DNA of 64,000 nucleotides from Malacoraja senta (taxonomy: Eukaryota), in the NCBI GenBank assembly GCA_038087875.1, contig CM075993.1, forward strand, positions 12,278,001 through 12,342,000. The letters run 5' to 3'. Position 1 is the first letter of the stretch, and each line of letters opens with the position of its first letter. Shown piece after piece: positions 50,070 through 62,100 of this stretch. The translations under genes and the position numbers were made by a program. The notes under the pieces were generated by a model. The model had not been told where the DNA came from and did no database searches. It was given only the letters and a program-made list of their open reading frames with translations.

Positions 50070-50765
50070 TGTAATTATGCTCCTAAAGATTACCCCGTTA
50101 GTCTAGTTCAGTAAAACACTGAGTCAAGCACTGGATCAACTAACTCTTTATTCTCACTCACAAACAAACTTCCTATACGATACCTAACCAACCCTGCGGG
50201 TCCGATCCTTGTCTCTACTCGTCCAAGCCCTTCAGCCTCGGACGAATAGACACCTCCAGACAGTCAACACAGTCCCAAGTGCACATCCAGAAACATAGAA
50301 ACATAGAAAATAGGTGCAGGTGGAGGCCATTCAGCCCTTCGAGCCAGCACTGCCATTCATTGTGATCATGGCTGATCGTCCCCAATCAATAACCCGTGCC
50401 TGCCTTCTCCCCATATCCCTTGATTCCACTAGCCCCAGAAGATTGACTCCAATCCATCTGGTGTCCCCTCTTTTATCCTGTTTCGGACCCGTGGTGCAAA
50501 AACACATGGGGGGGGGGGGGGGCAACCCCTACAAGCCAATCTCAAATAAAATTCATATAATACATTTATTGACAGTTCCCTAACCCAATCACAAAGTATC
50601 CCATTACGTTGTTTCCACAGAAGGTTCTAGTTGGAAGACAGTTCACCAAAGTAAAGAAACATTTCCCCAGGTAGTATAAACAATTTGAACAAGGCTCCAT
50701 ACTTTGACCAATCACAAGATAACAGTGCAAAGACTCTGCAACATAATTAACAATACTTTACAACA
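50070..50765 (-). repeat. Probable ERV 3' LTR, containing a CR1 tail (50293-50434, TSD CCAGAA)
   Basis: Minus strand TGTTG...TTACA preceded by purine tract AGAATGGGG. TATA-like ATAAAAG (~50472) upstream of AATAAA (~50148). No second LTR available for confirmation. Confidence 0.55.
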
Positions 50766-50924
50766 CCCCATTCTATAACCAATCCTGATCATGCATTTAC
50801 AACCCAGCTCAGCTCTTTCTGCAAAACCCTCATACATATTAACAATAGAGGGGACATCTGGACATCATCCTGTGCTTGACTTCCTCCCAGGGTCCAGACA
50901 CCCTGGAGCCATGAGAGTCATGGC

Positions 50925-51390
50925 TTTGCAGCTTTTCACAGAAAGATGACAAGCAAGCTTTGCAAATGCAGCGATCCTCCATTTTGTGACATATTTATTT
51001 GGCCAATATTATCAAGGATATTGAACCCAGCTGCAAGGGATGGATGTGAGTGGTCTCAGCACTATGTTTGAGAACAGCAGAGGAATATTCCCTCAGTTGC
51101 TCACGAATATTTATCTTTCAACAAATGTTTGCAGCTTTTCACAGAAAGAGGACAAGCAGGGATCCTCCATTTTGTGACATATTTATTTGGCCAATATTAT
51201 CAAGGATATTGAACCCAGCTGCAAGGGATGGATGTGAGTGGTCTCAGCACTATGTTTGAGAACAGCAGAGGAATTTTCCCTCAGTTGCTCACGAATATTT
51301 ATGTTTCAACAAATGTTTGCAGCTTTTCACAGAAAGAGGACAAGCAGGGATCCTCCATTTTGTGACATATTTATTTGGCCAATATTATCA
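50925..51390. repeat. Tandem repeat, ~188-bp unit, ~2.4 copies, in ERV 3' region
   Basis: GCAGCTTTTCACAGAAAG recurs at 50928, 51131 and 51319 with near-identical intervening sequence. Confidence 0.9.
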
Positions 51391-54085
51391 TTCCCATCTT
51401 TTATCATACTATGATAACCAAAACACAAAAATAACCCCATTCTAGTCAGATATTCTAACATGAAGATGCTGATGTAATTTCTAAGAATTTCACAAAGCTT
51501 CCCGAGTTTTCATGGGCATAGCTTCATGATTCCTGTCTGATGAGCCTCCACCTCCCGAGTTTTCATGGGCATAAATCCCCTCCATCCATCCTGTCAGGCG
51601 CATCCGTTTTTGACTCTTCAAGGAGTATGATGTTTTCTAAGAGAATCTTAAACAAAATATGTTAGCAGCCTACTCTCCCACTGATACTCTTTCAGTGGTG
51701 GAGATGCACCCATGCATTTCTATCTTCTGCCTTCACTGCTGTTGGAGTCGTTAGGAGAACCTGGTAAGGTCCTTCCCAGCGAACCTCCATCCCTTTCCTT
51801 ACCCAGTTCTTTATAAGGACATAGTCTCCAGGCTCCACCTTAGTAGAAGCAGTCAACAAAGGCAACTCACCGTACACTGCTCTCACCCTACAATGTGATT
51901 CTCTCAGAGCTCGTCAAATCCAGAATATAGTCGGTCATCTCCGCAGTCATATGATGGAAATTTATAACTTTCATCGCATTCTGGTTCCAGGGTGTTCTTA
52001 GAGGTCTACCACAAACAATTTCAGCTGGTCTCAGTCTAGATTTTCCTGTAATAACTTTTGAAATAAAGCTATGGGAAGTAATTTAATCCAACCAATTCTG
52101 GTCTCCGCCTTCAATTTAGCTAATTTAGATTTCGGGGTCTGATTTTTTCCTTTCTACAAGTCCAGCAGCCTGTGGTCGATAAGCACAGTGTAATTGCTGC
52201 TGGATACCCAGCTGTTCACAAAACTCTTTATTAACTTGCCCAATAAAATGCGGACCATTGTCTGAACTAAGTCGAATAGGGATTGCCAAATCAAGGGACA
52301 ATTTCTTTCATTAACACCTTGACAACAGTAGCCGCTTTGTTATCAAGGTTTGGATAAGCTTTGATCCACCTGCTGAATACATTGACTATGACTTGTACAT
52401 ATCTCTATCCCTGGCACCTTTCTAACTCGACGTAATCCATTTGCAATGTCTCAAAAGGACCCATGCGCAACCGTGTCTTTCCATCTCCACCACCTACTCC
52501 TTTTCCTGGATTGTATTTCTGGCAAACCAAGCAACTACTACTTACTTTTGAGCTAATGTTTGTAACTTTGGATGCTACCAAGTAGCCAAAAGAGTGTATC
52601 CTACTGCTCTTGCACCTCAATGAGTTGCATAGTGCATGCACTCTACACCCCATACTGCCAGAGGATCTGTCATGCCAGTTTGCCCTGCCGGAGTGGTCCA
52701 AAGTCCTGTCATACAATCCAGTGTACACCCAAGTTGCTTCCATCGTTCTTTATCCCTTTCAGTAGCCTCCTCCTGCAACTGAATAATCTCATGGATGGTT
52801 GGCATCGGCTTCTCCGAGGGGTTCTTGTTACTTAAACTTTTAGTCTGCCTCATCATCTTTGGTATCACCATCTTACATTCCTGGGATACTTCCTTTGCTG
52901 CCTGATCGGCACTAAGATTACCAATGTCTGTTGGAGTCTGTCCTCTTGTGTGTGCACTACATTTCATGACTGAAATTTGTCTGGGTAGCATCAGGGCCTT
53001 TAATAAATCCGTCACCAATTGTTTGTTCGATATTTGAGTCCCCACCGAGGTAAGAAATCCTCTATTTCTCCATAATTGTCCAAAATCATGTACTACTCCA
53101 AATGCATATCTAGAATCTGTATATATGTTTACCCTTAAATTTTTCCCCATAATACAAGCCCTAATTAAAGCAAATAATTCAATGTGTTGTGCTGAATAAG
53201 GTGACTCAAAGGCAGCTGCTTCTACGTTTTCCCCATCTTGATTGATAATTGCATACCCAGACAATTTCTCATCCCATCTACGTACAATGTCATGTCAGGG
53301 TCCTCTATAGGTGCGTCTCCTGTCCTCCATCACAGATGTCTCCTCCTCGATTATAAACAAACAGTCATGTCCTCTGCTCCTCTGGGGGTGGAACAAGAAA
53401 AGATGCCGGATTAATTGTCGTACAATGCTTAAACTGAAGCTTCCGGTTATTTAATAAATTTCATATTTGTTCTGACGAGCCATTGTTAGGTGCTGAGTCT
53501 GGAGTTGCCCTAACAAGGCTGCCACTGAATGTGAACTATATACTACTATCTCCTGCTGATGGGGTCAAATTTGCAGCAGACTAAACTATTATAAATGGTG
53601 GTCAGAATTTGGGTGCACAATGGGTGTCCCCTTGCTACTGGGTCGAGTTTGTATGAATAATAGGCCATAGGTCTATGCTTATCCCCATGTTTTTGAGTAA
53701 GGACTGCCATCGAGCATTCAGAGAGAATAGGCAATAAAGTTGGAAGGGTCTATCATAAAGTGGCCTTCATCAAGTGGCCTGCATCAACGATTTCTTCAGG
53801 TTCTCAAAAGCCTCTTGTGCTTCCTTAGTTAGTTGGAATTCACCCTCTTTACTTGTGTAGGGTGTCAGCTCTTTGGTTTCTAAAGCTATGTTAGGGATCC
53901 AAGGTCTACAGTAATTTACCATACCAAGCCATTGCCTCATTTGTTTTGCCTCGTTAGGAATCGGGAATTCACAAATTGGTTCCAGTTTACTTTTTTCTAG
54001 ACTCCTTTCTGTTGTCGAAATTATGACTCCTAAAAATTTTACTTTCTCCTGGGCCATCAGTACTTTTGACTGGGAGACCACATAT

Positions 54086-54355
54086 TCCCCAAAGCAATCT
54101 TCACACTCAATATGAAAAAACACTGAGTATTATTCATGCTGCACTCTTCCATGCTGCTACCCACCATGCACTTTACTATCACCATGTGCAATACTGATTA
54201 TTTACTTATCTTGATACCTAGTTTTTAACATTGTTTTTAAATTGTGTCCTGTGTTTTTATGTTTGTATATTATGCACCAATGGAGTGGCAATAACAATTT
54301 CGTTGTATGCAGTGCTTACAACGACAAATAAAGGCATTTCATTTCATTTTCATTT
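54086..54355 (+). mobile_element. Rex-Babar-type LINE 3' end in ERV RT
   Basis: FPKAIFTLN remnant, AATAAA + (CATTT)n tail, TSD CATAT (54081-54085, 54356-54360). Confidence 0.7.
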
Positions 54356-55306
54356 CATATCTCAAATTCGCTAGATGACTTAGTAATTGTGCAGTATCTT
54401 CACAGTTGCTTGGTTCATCCATGCTAGCTACTAATAAGTCATTGACGTACTGCACTAAGGTAGATCTTCTTCCAAAATTTAAAGTACTCAATTGTTCTTG
54501 TAGACATCGGGAAAATAAAGGAGGCGAATTAATGAATCCCTGAGGCAATCTGGTCCAGGTGTTTTGCTGGCCCCTGTATGTGAATGCAAACAAATATTGG
54601 CTGTTCTTATGTGGAGGCAAGGAGAAGAATGCATGTTGCAGGTCGACTATTGAGAAGATTCTTGCTTGGGCTTGGATTAGAGCTAAGATGTGAGCAGGGT
54701 TTGGCACTAGAGCATAGCGTGGTTCTACAACTGCATTAATCGATCTTAGGTCTTGGACCAATCTGTACTGGCCCTCCTTTCCTGGTTTCGGAACTGCAAC
54801 GATTGGTGTGTAGCAAATGGACTGGCATTTTACTAAGATGTCTTGTTCCAGCAATCCCCGAATTAATTTATCTATGCTGTTAATGGCATGTGGTTTCAAT
54901 GGATACTGCTGTATCGAAGGCAGTGTCACCCCTTTCTGGAGAGCTACTTGGATGGGATCAATGCGAACACATCCTACTGAGCTGCATCTTCTGCCCATAC
55001 TTGCAGGTCTACATACTCACATACCTCACTCCCCAGATGCTGGCGTAGCCGGGTAACAACTGTCCTTGGGGCCCGATGGAACTTAACAACATACTGGTTA
55101 GACAAATCTTGCTTGTCATACTTATTCGGGTCTGCCATATTAATTGCCTTTTTCACCATTGCTCCTAGATCTTTTGCACTTGCTGGAAAGTTTAGTTTTC
55201 TGGTAATATGTGGAGCAACGTCTGCAGTCCGTTTCCATAAATTCACAGGTATTCCGCAGTGCCCTCCTTTCCTTCCACGTGCCAAAATTCTTATTTCCCT
55301 TTTTTT

Positions 55307-56638
55307 TAATTTTAATTTTAAATTTTTTTTATTTATTAGAAGTACATTACATTACAACCACATACATTAGTACTCGTCACTTATGTCTTCTTACAATTAA
55401 TGTACTCCGTTTGTTTTTTAAACTAGTAAAAGGAAAAGATAAGATTGAAAGAAAGAAGAAAGTGAAGGAAAAAGTGAGAGTGTAGAAAATGTGACAACAA
55501 AAAAGAACGAAGACCCTATAAGAACAAAATTAAAAACAAAAGAAAAAGAGTTAAGAAATAGACCCTAGAAAAGAAGGAGAAAGAGAAAGAGGAAAAAGAG
55601 AGAAACAAATAGTTTTTATGAGCATTACGCAAATGGGACATACCAACTCTTCAACTATCATCCCCCATTACCTGACCTCAATTTTTTTTAAGGTACCTTT
55701 GCACCCTATATTTGTAATAATTCTATAAATGCAGACCACGTCAGGTGGAAGTGATCTCGTTTACCTGCCAGGAGGAGTCTTATCTCTTCTAGGTGTAATG
55801 TTTCGAACATATTTGAAATCCACATGTTTATAGTTGGTATTGGAGCCTTCTTCCAAAATTTTAGGATTAGCTTTTTTCCAGTTATTAACCCATAGTCTAT
55901 TAGTTTCTTTTGAAACACATTTAGTTCTGGACCATCTTCCGTTATTCCGAAGATAATCTATTCTGCTTTGGGTATCAGTTTTATTTAAAATAATTTTGTA
56001 AAGATTTCAAAAATTTAATTCCAAAATTTTTGAATTTTTGTACAGAAAACAAATGAGTGCGCTATAGTTGCTTCTTGGGATTGACATTTATCACAAATGG
56101 ATGATACATTTGGAAAAATTTTATGGATTTTAGTTTTGGAATAATATAATCTATGTAAAATTTTAAATTGTATTAAAGTGTGTCTTACATTAATCGAACA
56201 TTTATGCACGTTTAATAAGTGTTCATTCCAACTTTCCTTTGAAATTTTAATAGCTAACTCTTGTTCCCAGTCTCTTCTGATACCCTCCGTAGATGGTATT
56301 TCTACATTTAAGATAATATTATACAAATATGATATTAAGTTTGCTGATTCAGCTTTTATCTGCATTGCCTCATCCAATACATCTGCTGGGTTATTATAAT
56401 GATCTTTTGTATATTTTTTCAAATAGTCGCATATTTGAAAATATTTAAAATATTGATTATTTCCGAGTTTATATTTTATTTGTAATTGTTGAAATGAAAG
56501 TAATTTTCCAGTTTCATACAAGTCACCGAGCGTTTTAATTCCTAGTCGATCCCAATGTGTAAAAGCTTTATCTATAATAGAGAGATTAAATAGAGGGATT
56601 AAACTATGGGTGATAAAAGTGATAAATTTCTTAATTTT
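55307..56638 (-). mobile_element. 5'-truncated L1 LINE in ERV gag-pol junction
   Basis: ORF2 C-terminus IQFKILHRLYYS..CDKC..HSFVFC. A-rich tail. 22-bp TSD AAATTCTTATTTCCCTTTTTTT (55285-55306, 56639-56660). Confidence 0.9.
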
Positions 56639-58900
56639 AAATTCTTATTTCCCTTTTTTTCCTCACATCAATAGCAGTTACTTTGTTTCCCTTCTTAGTT
56701 TCTCTGCAGCTTCCCCTTGACTCTTGCTCCAATGACCTAGCTGGTTACAATTGAAGCAAACCGCTGATGCTACTATTTTTTCCACTTTAAAATATTTCTT
56801 TGGGTAAATATAGGGCTGTCTATCATCCTTCCTTGATTCGGGAGTATCTTTCATTAATGTCTTCCTCGTACAATTTCCAGTGATTATCGTAATGGTATGC
56901 CTAATTTCTTTTTCTTGATAAATTATTTTGATGGGTCCAGGGATAGGGGTCATGTTATCTTGTCCATTGATTTTGGACTGGCTGGCTAATCAGGACTGGG
57001 ATAATGGATTGGTCTGAGAAAAAGGTGTCTGTCTTCTTGGTCCCTGATCTCCTGGCTCTCTCTGATCCCTCTGATCTCTGGTCTCCAGGATCTCGAGAAT
57101 TCCTGTAATCTCTAGGATCTTGAGAGTTCCTTTGATGCCGAGAATCTCTTCTCTGACCCCCTCCTTCACTTCGTCCCCTAGTCGGGCATGCTCTACTCCA
57201 ATGTCCTGCCCCACCACAATGTCCTGCCCCACCACAAGTATAGCACTGATCTGGTCCCAGTATTTAATTATTTCTTCTCCAATTTGCTCTCGGGAAAATT
57301 GGCTCTAAGGCAGGCATATCATCATAAAAGTGATCTGGATATTCTGGGACCCTAATTTCTTTCATTCCATACTTCGCTAATGTTTTAGGACTCCACGGTC
57401 CTAAGTCAGATTTTGGCACCTCCTTAATTACATATTCTGTTTTCGTTTTTACTGCAGGCTGACTTTTTTGCTTTTTGATATCCTTCCAGTCATACCTCAC
57501 TGCACGAGCCATCTGACTAGAACTGTTTTCCGACCAGTCCATGTTTGTTTTAATTGCTTCGGCCACATTAGTTGGAAGGCAGTTCAATAATATTGCACAG
57601 TACTGAGGAGAATTTGCCCCATTCCAAAAATTCTGATCTCCTGACTGACCCATGGATAACTCCGAGAATCTTTCTAAAAATTAATCTGCTCCCTCTCCTT
57701 TCTTTGGTCTCACATCCAGAATCCTAGCAGTATCTATCGGCTTCTGAAGAGTATTCGCAAGGGCAGTTAAAACTGCATCTCCTCTTGCACTCTTATCAGA
57801 GATCACATTAGCCACTGTTTTAATGTGTTGGGTGTCCTAAGGTTGCCAAGAATCTGATATGCTCTGTCGGAATTATTATCTGCTGTATCATAGCCCATAA
57901 ATCTCGGGAGTCTGCGTGATACACGCGTATTGTGGTTCAAAGGTAATCCACAAAGGAAGCAGATGATTTCTTTCTGTCGGGTATTTGACTCAGTACTGCC
58001 ATCATCTCATTAGGTTTCCATGGGGTATATGCATCAATAGTTCGGGGATTGTTTGCACCCACTGCACTAGCCGGATCAAAGGCTGGATTAGGCATTTCCC
58101 TGACTGGGAACTGCCTACAGGATACTTGTTCTGCTTTCATGATATTGGCCATATCGGGATCTCCCTCAGTGTCTCCCGCAATTGTCTCACCCTCCGATAT
58201 GCCTTCCTCTTCACTTGGGGGATTACGAAACTTCTTAAAGGAACCTCTGATCTCTTGCTACTCGTCTAATCCGTCTAGGCTTGGGCTCACAAAAGTATTC
58301 TGGGGGTTGTACTATGTCTCTAATAACCTCTCTCCTTAAATACGGGAGCTATCTTCTTTGTTTTACTCCTGGTACCGTGTGCTACTGGACTCCCTGCCAA
58401 TAGTGGAACGGTTGGAGTCAAAGAATCCTGTACTAGTGTTGCTGCTGTTTGTAAAGCAGGCTTTATTGTGGAATCTGCAGGTGGTGTTAAAGGTGCTGCA
58501 GGCTCTAAGTGTCTGTTGTGTGCGCAAGCTACACAATTTGTAGATGGAGTACGGGGAACGCAAGAGGAATAAGGTGGAGGCTGCAAACTTCTCCTAATCC
58601 TAACACTTTCCCAATCTTCCAAATAATCGTCTTCTCCCCCTTCAAAGCCAATGCCAACCACTGGGTCCTTAAACTCTAGATCTGCTGGTACCGGTTTCCC
58701 TTCAGGAGATTTCTTTCTCTCCTGCTCCTTATGCTCTTTAATACATCTACACCCCTTTCTCAAGGTATCTGGAGGTCGGTTTACTTTATCATCTCTTAGT
58801 TCTATTCCAAGCTTTGAAGCTGCCTCCTGCAAATTCACCATTCGCATAGCCTCTCTACTCGCTTTCTGCTTTTCATAGTATTTTCTCCATACCGGTACTG

Positions 58901-60500
58901 GTATATACAGATATTTTTAACCAGTCCCTGCAAACATGTACTGTCCATGCCTGCTTCAAAGTCTCCACTATTGTCCCTGTACCCCAAAAGGCAAGGATTA
59001 CTTGTCTTAATGACTACAGGCCTGTCACACTGACCTCTGTAGTCATGAAGACACTCGAAAGGCTTGTGCTGGCCAAGCTGAAAAATATCACAAACTCCCT
59101 GCTGGACCCTCTGCCATTTGCATTTTGGGCCAATAGATCTGATGAAGATGCAGTCAACCTGGGCCTGCACTTCATCCTACAGCACCTGGACCACCAGGGG
59201 ACCTATGCGAGGATCCTGTTTGTTGATTTTAGCTCTGCATTCAACACCATTGTGCCAGAGCTACTACACTCCAAACTTTCCGAGTTGACTGTGCCTGAAC
59301 CCCTCTGTCGGTGGATCACCAGCTTCCTGACAGACAGGAAGCAGCATGTGAGACTGGGAAAGCACATCTCGGACCCACAAACGCTCAGCATAGGTACATG
59401 CTCATGCGTACTCCCTCCTCTCCTCTCATCTACTCGCTCTACACCAACGACTGCACCCCCACCCTCTGTCAAGCTTCTCAAGTTTGCGGACGACACAACC
59501 CTGATTGGACTGATCCAGGATGGGGATGAATCTGCCTACAGACAGGAAGTGTCACAGCTGGCGTCCTGGTGCCGTCACAACAACCTGGAGCTCAATGCTC
59601 TTAAGACAGTGGAATTGATTGTAGACTTTAGGAGAGCTCCCCCTCTCCTCACCCCACTCACCATCAACAACACCACAGTCACATCTGGGGAGTCTTTTAA
59701 GTTCCTGGGAACCATAATCTCCAAGGACCTTAAATGGGGGGCTACCTTCGACTCCACAGTCAAAAAGGCACAACAGAGGATGTACTTCCTACGGCAGCTG
59801 AGGAAGCACAATCTGCCACAGGCAATGATGGTCCAATTCTACATGGCCATCGTAGAGTCTGTTCTCACATTCCCCATCATGGTCTGGTTTGGCTCAGCCA
59901 CCAAGCACGACACACTGAGGCTGCTGCGAATCGCCCGATCAGCAGAGAAGGTTATTACATAGAAAATATGTGCAGGAGGAGGCCATTCGGCCCTTCGAGC
60001 CAGCACCGCCATTCATTGGCTGATCGTCCCCTATCAATAACCCGTGCCTGCCTTCTCCCCATATCCCTTGACTCCACTAGCTCCATGACTGCAACCTTCC
60101 CTCCATTGATAAATTGAACACTGCAAGGGCCAGGAAGCGAGTGGGCAATATCTTCTCTGACCCCTCTCACCCTGGCCACAAACTCTTTGAATCACTTCCC
60201 TCTGGAAGGCGACTCCAGATTGTCAAAGCTGCCACAGCCAGACATAAAAACAGTTTTTATCCACGAGTAGTTGCTCTAATCAACAGCCAAAAATCTGTAG
60301 CCTCCCTTTGATCTGGTATTTTGTTGGTTCACATGCTTGATCAATGATGTTTTATCATTAATGTTTTATTATTATTAATGTTTAGTGTTTTCTGAGTCAT
60401 TCGTAACTGTCACTGTATGTCATGTTGTTACTTGTGGGTGGAGCACCAAGGCAAATTCCTTGTATGTGAATACTTGGCCAATAAACTTACTTATTTACTT
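58901..60500 (+). mobile_element. Rex1/Babar-type LINE (different family) in ERV gag, containing a CR1 tail at ~59957-60082
   Basis: ORF 59045-59962 has [17 protein letters not shown] and FKFLGTIIS. 3' AATAAACTTACTT tail. Confidence 0.9.
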
Positions 60501-62100
60501 AATCCAATCAACTCCTTTGCTGCGTCACTGCCAAATAATCTTTTTGATATACTTCACTCCCTTCAATGTTCCGACCCCTCCTTCGGGCCACAACTCATCT
60601 CCTAATTCCTTATTCAGTGCACCAGAAAAGTTCTTTAATCTCTCAGCTTTCTGTGGGAACTCGCTACACACTAATTGTAACGGGCTCTCCGGGTCCTCCA
60701 TTTTATCCCGTTAAACTTGATTTCCCATTGTTGCGAACAATGGACACAATCTCTCAAATGATTCACACAATATCCCAACAATTCACACTCCACTCACAAT
60801 CTTCTAGACTTATCAAGCTCGCTCCCAAACAGTTCAACAGACCAAAAGTTCCACAGCGCATCAGTAAGTCTCTCACTCTATCAGCACACACTCACACAAT
60901 CAAAATCTCCTCTCAAACCTGGGTACCCAAAAATTTCTACAGTCTCACACAATAATTCACACAAGTTTTCAATCCTGTAAACAATTTCAAGTAACAATCC
61001 TTGATCAATAGACGTTAAGGTGCTTCAATCAAAAATACTTCACCAGCAAATCTCCTACACTCAAAACACCTTAATCTATACAGAGACAAATGAGCTCATA
61101 ACACACAAGCAAAATTGTACTTAGACTATCATGCAAAAACACACTCCAATATAAAGCACAAGTATTCGTCTAATATCGCATTTGTTAACTGTACAGTCCA
61201 AAAAACAAATCACAGTATATTTTAAACCCAAATCATGCTGTTCGCAACCAACGGAACCCCTCCCTTGGATACAGGAGACTTTCCTTTCAAAGCACATGTT
61301 CGCTGAGTGGTACATTTGCTTCAAGATACTCTTTTCTAACAGGTACTATTTCCTCTACCTCAGTTACTTTTTCCACTAACAGGTACTGATCAACGGATCC
61401 AAAGGATATGAACCCTTGATTGAACAGCCACGATTCGGACTCCAATTATAACAGTGGTCTTAATCTATATTAACATACAGTCACGATTCGAACTACGATT
61501 ACAACAGTGTATCTAACACTCAAAATTCTAAATCAACAGCAAGACACAGTAAATACAATAAAGCAACGGCAAAATTTTAAACACTGGAAATCAACAAAAT
61601 CTTAACAATTCCAACGATATAGTTTTATTACACACATTAACCACCGATCTAATATATTCACTTTTATTAATGTACAGTAGCCAGTGCACTTAATATGAAA
61701 GCCCAGAATAGATCAATAAAGAGATCTCTATACAATAGCCAGTCCTTCAATATGAAGCCCTGAATTTAGTAGAATTTGAATGGAAGAATTTTGACCTTTA
61801 CTTTCTTAATTACCATACCCCACCATTTTAGCTCCCTTCCCACTAATTCGAGTAATTATAATAGACGCCTTTCAATTTCAAACAATCCTCAGTGTTGTCC
61901 CCGAGTATTTTCTTCAGCCAATTATACTCCAACACTGTGTCCCCAGTACCGTTACGGAGTCCTCAACTTATCCAAAGTTCTAGTCCTACTCACACAGGCG
62001 GGGCCTTCAACCCTCTAGGCTCCTTCCTTCCTTCCAACCTGCGAGGTACTGGGCTTCAGCACGTGTCCGCTTCGCGCTGGTGTTCAATGCCGATGCTTAT

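Larger units (their letters stand above)
50070..62100 (-). mobile_element. Class I (epsilon-like) endogenous retrovirus, env-less, decayed; 5' LTR not seen in window
   Basis: gag starts MGNQ (ATG at 60728) with WPEGG, PPPY late domain, YTPWKP and a CFNCNQLGHW knuckle. RT has YRLVQDLRSIN, WTRLPQGFINSP and YVNDLL. RNase H has YTDSRYAFGVVHDFG. IN has LQMDY and [24 protein letters not shown]. Interrupted by three LINEs. Confidence 0.92.

Noticed and set aside
50925..51390. CRISPR-like array
   Set aside because: Plain tandem repeat with no unique spacers or cas genes, in a eukaryotic context.
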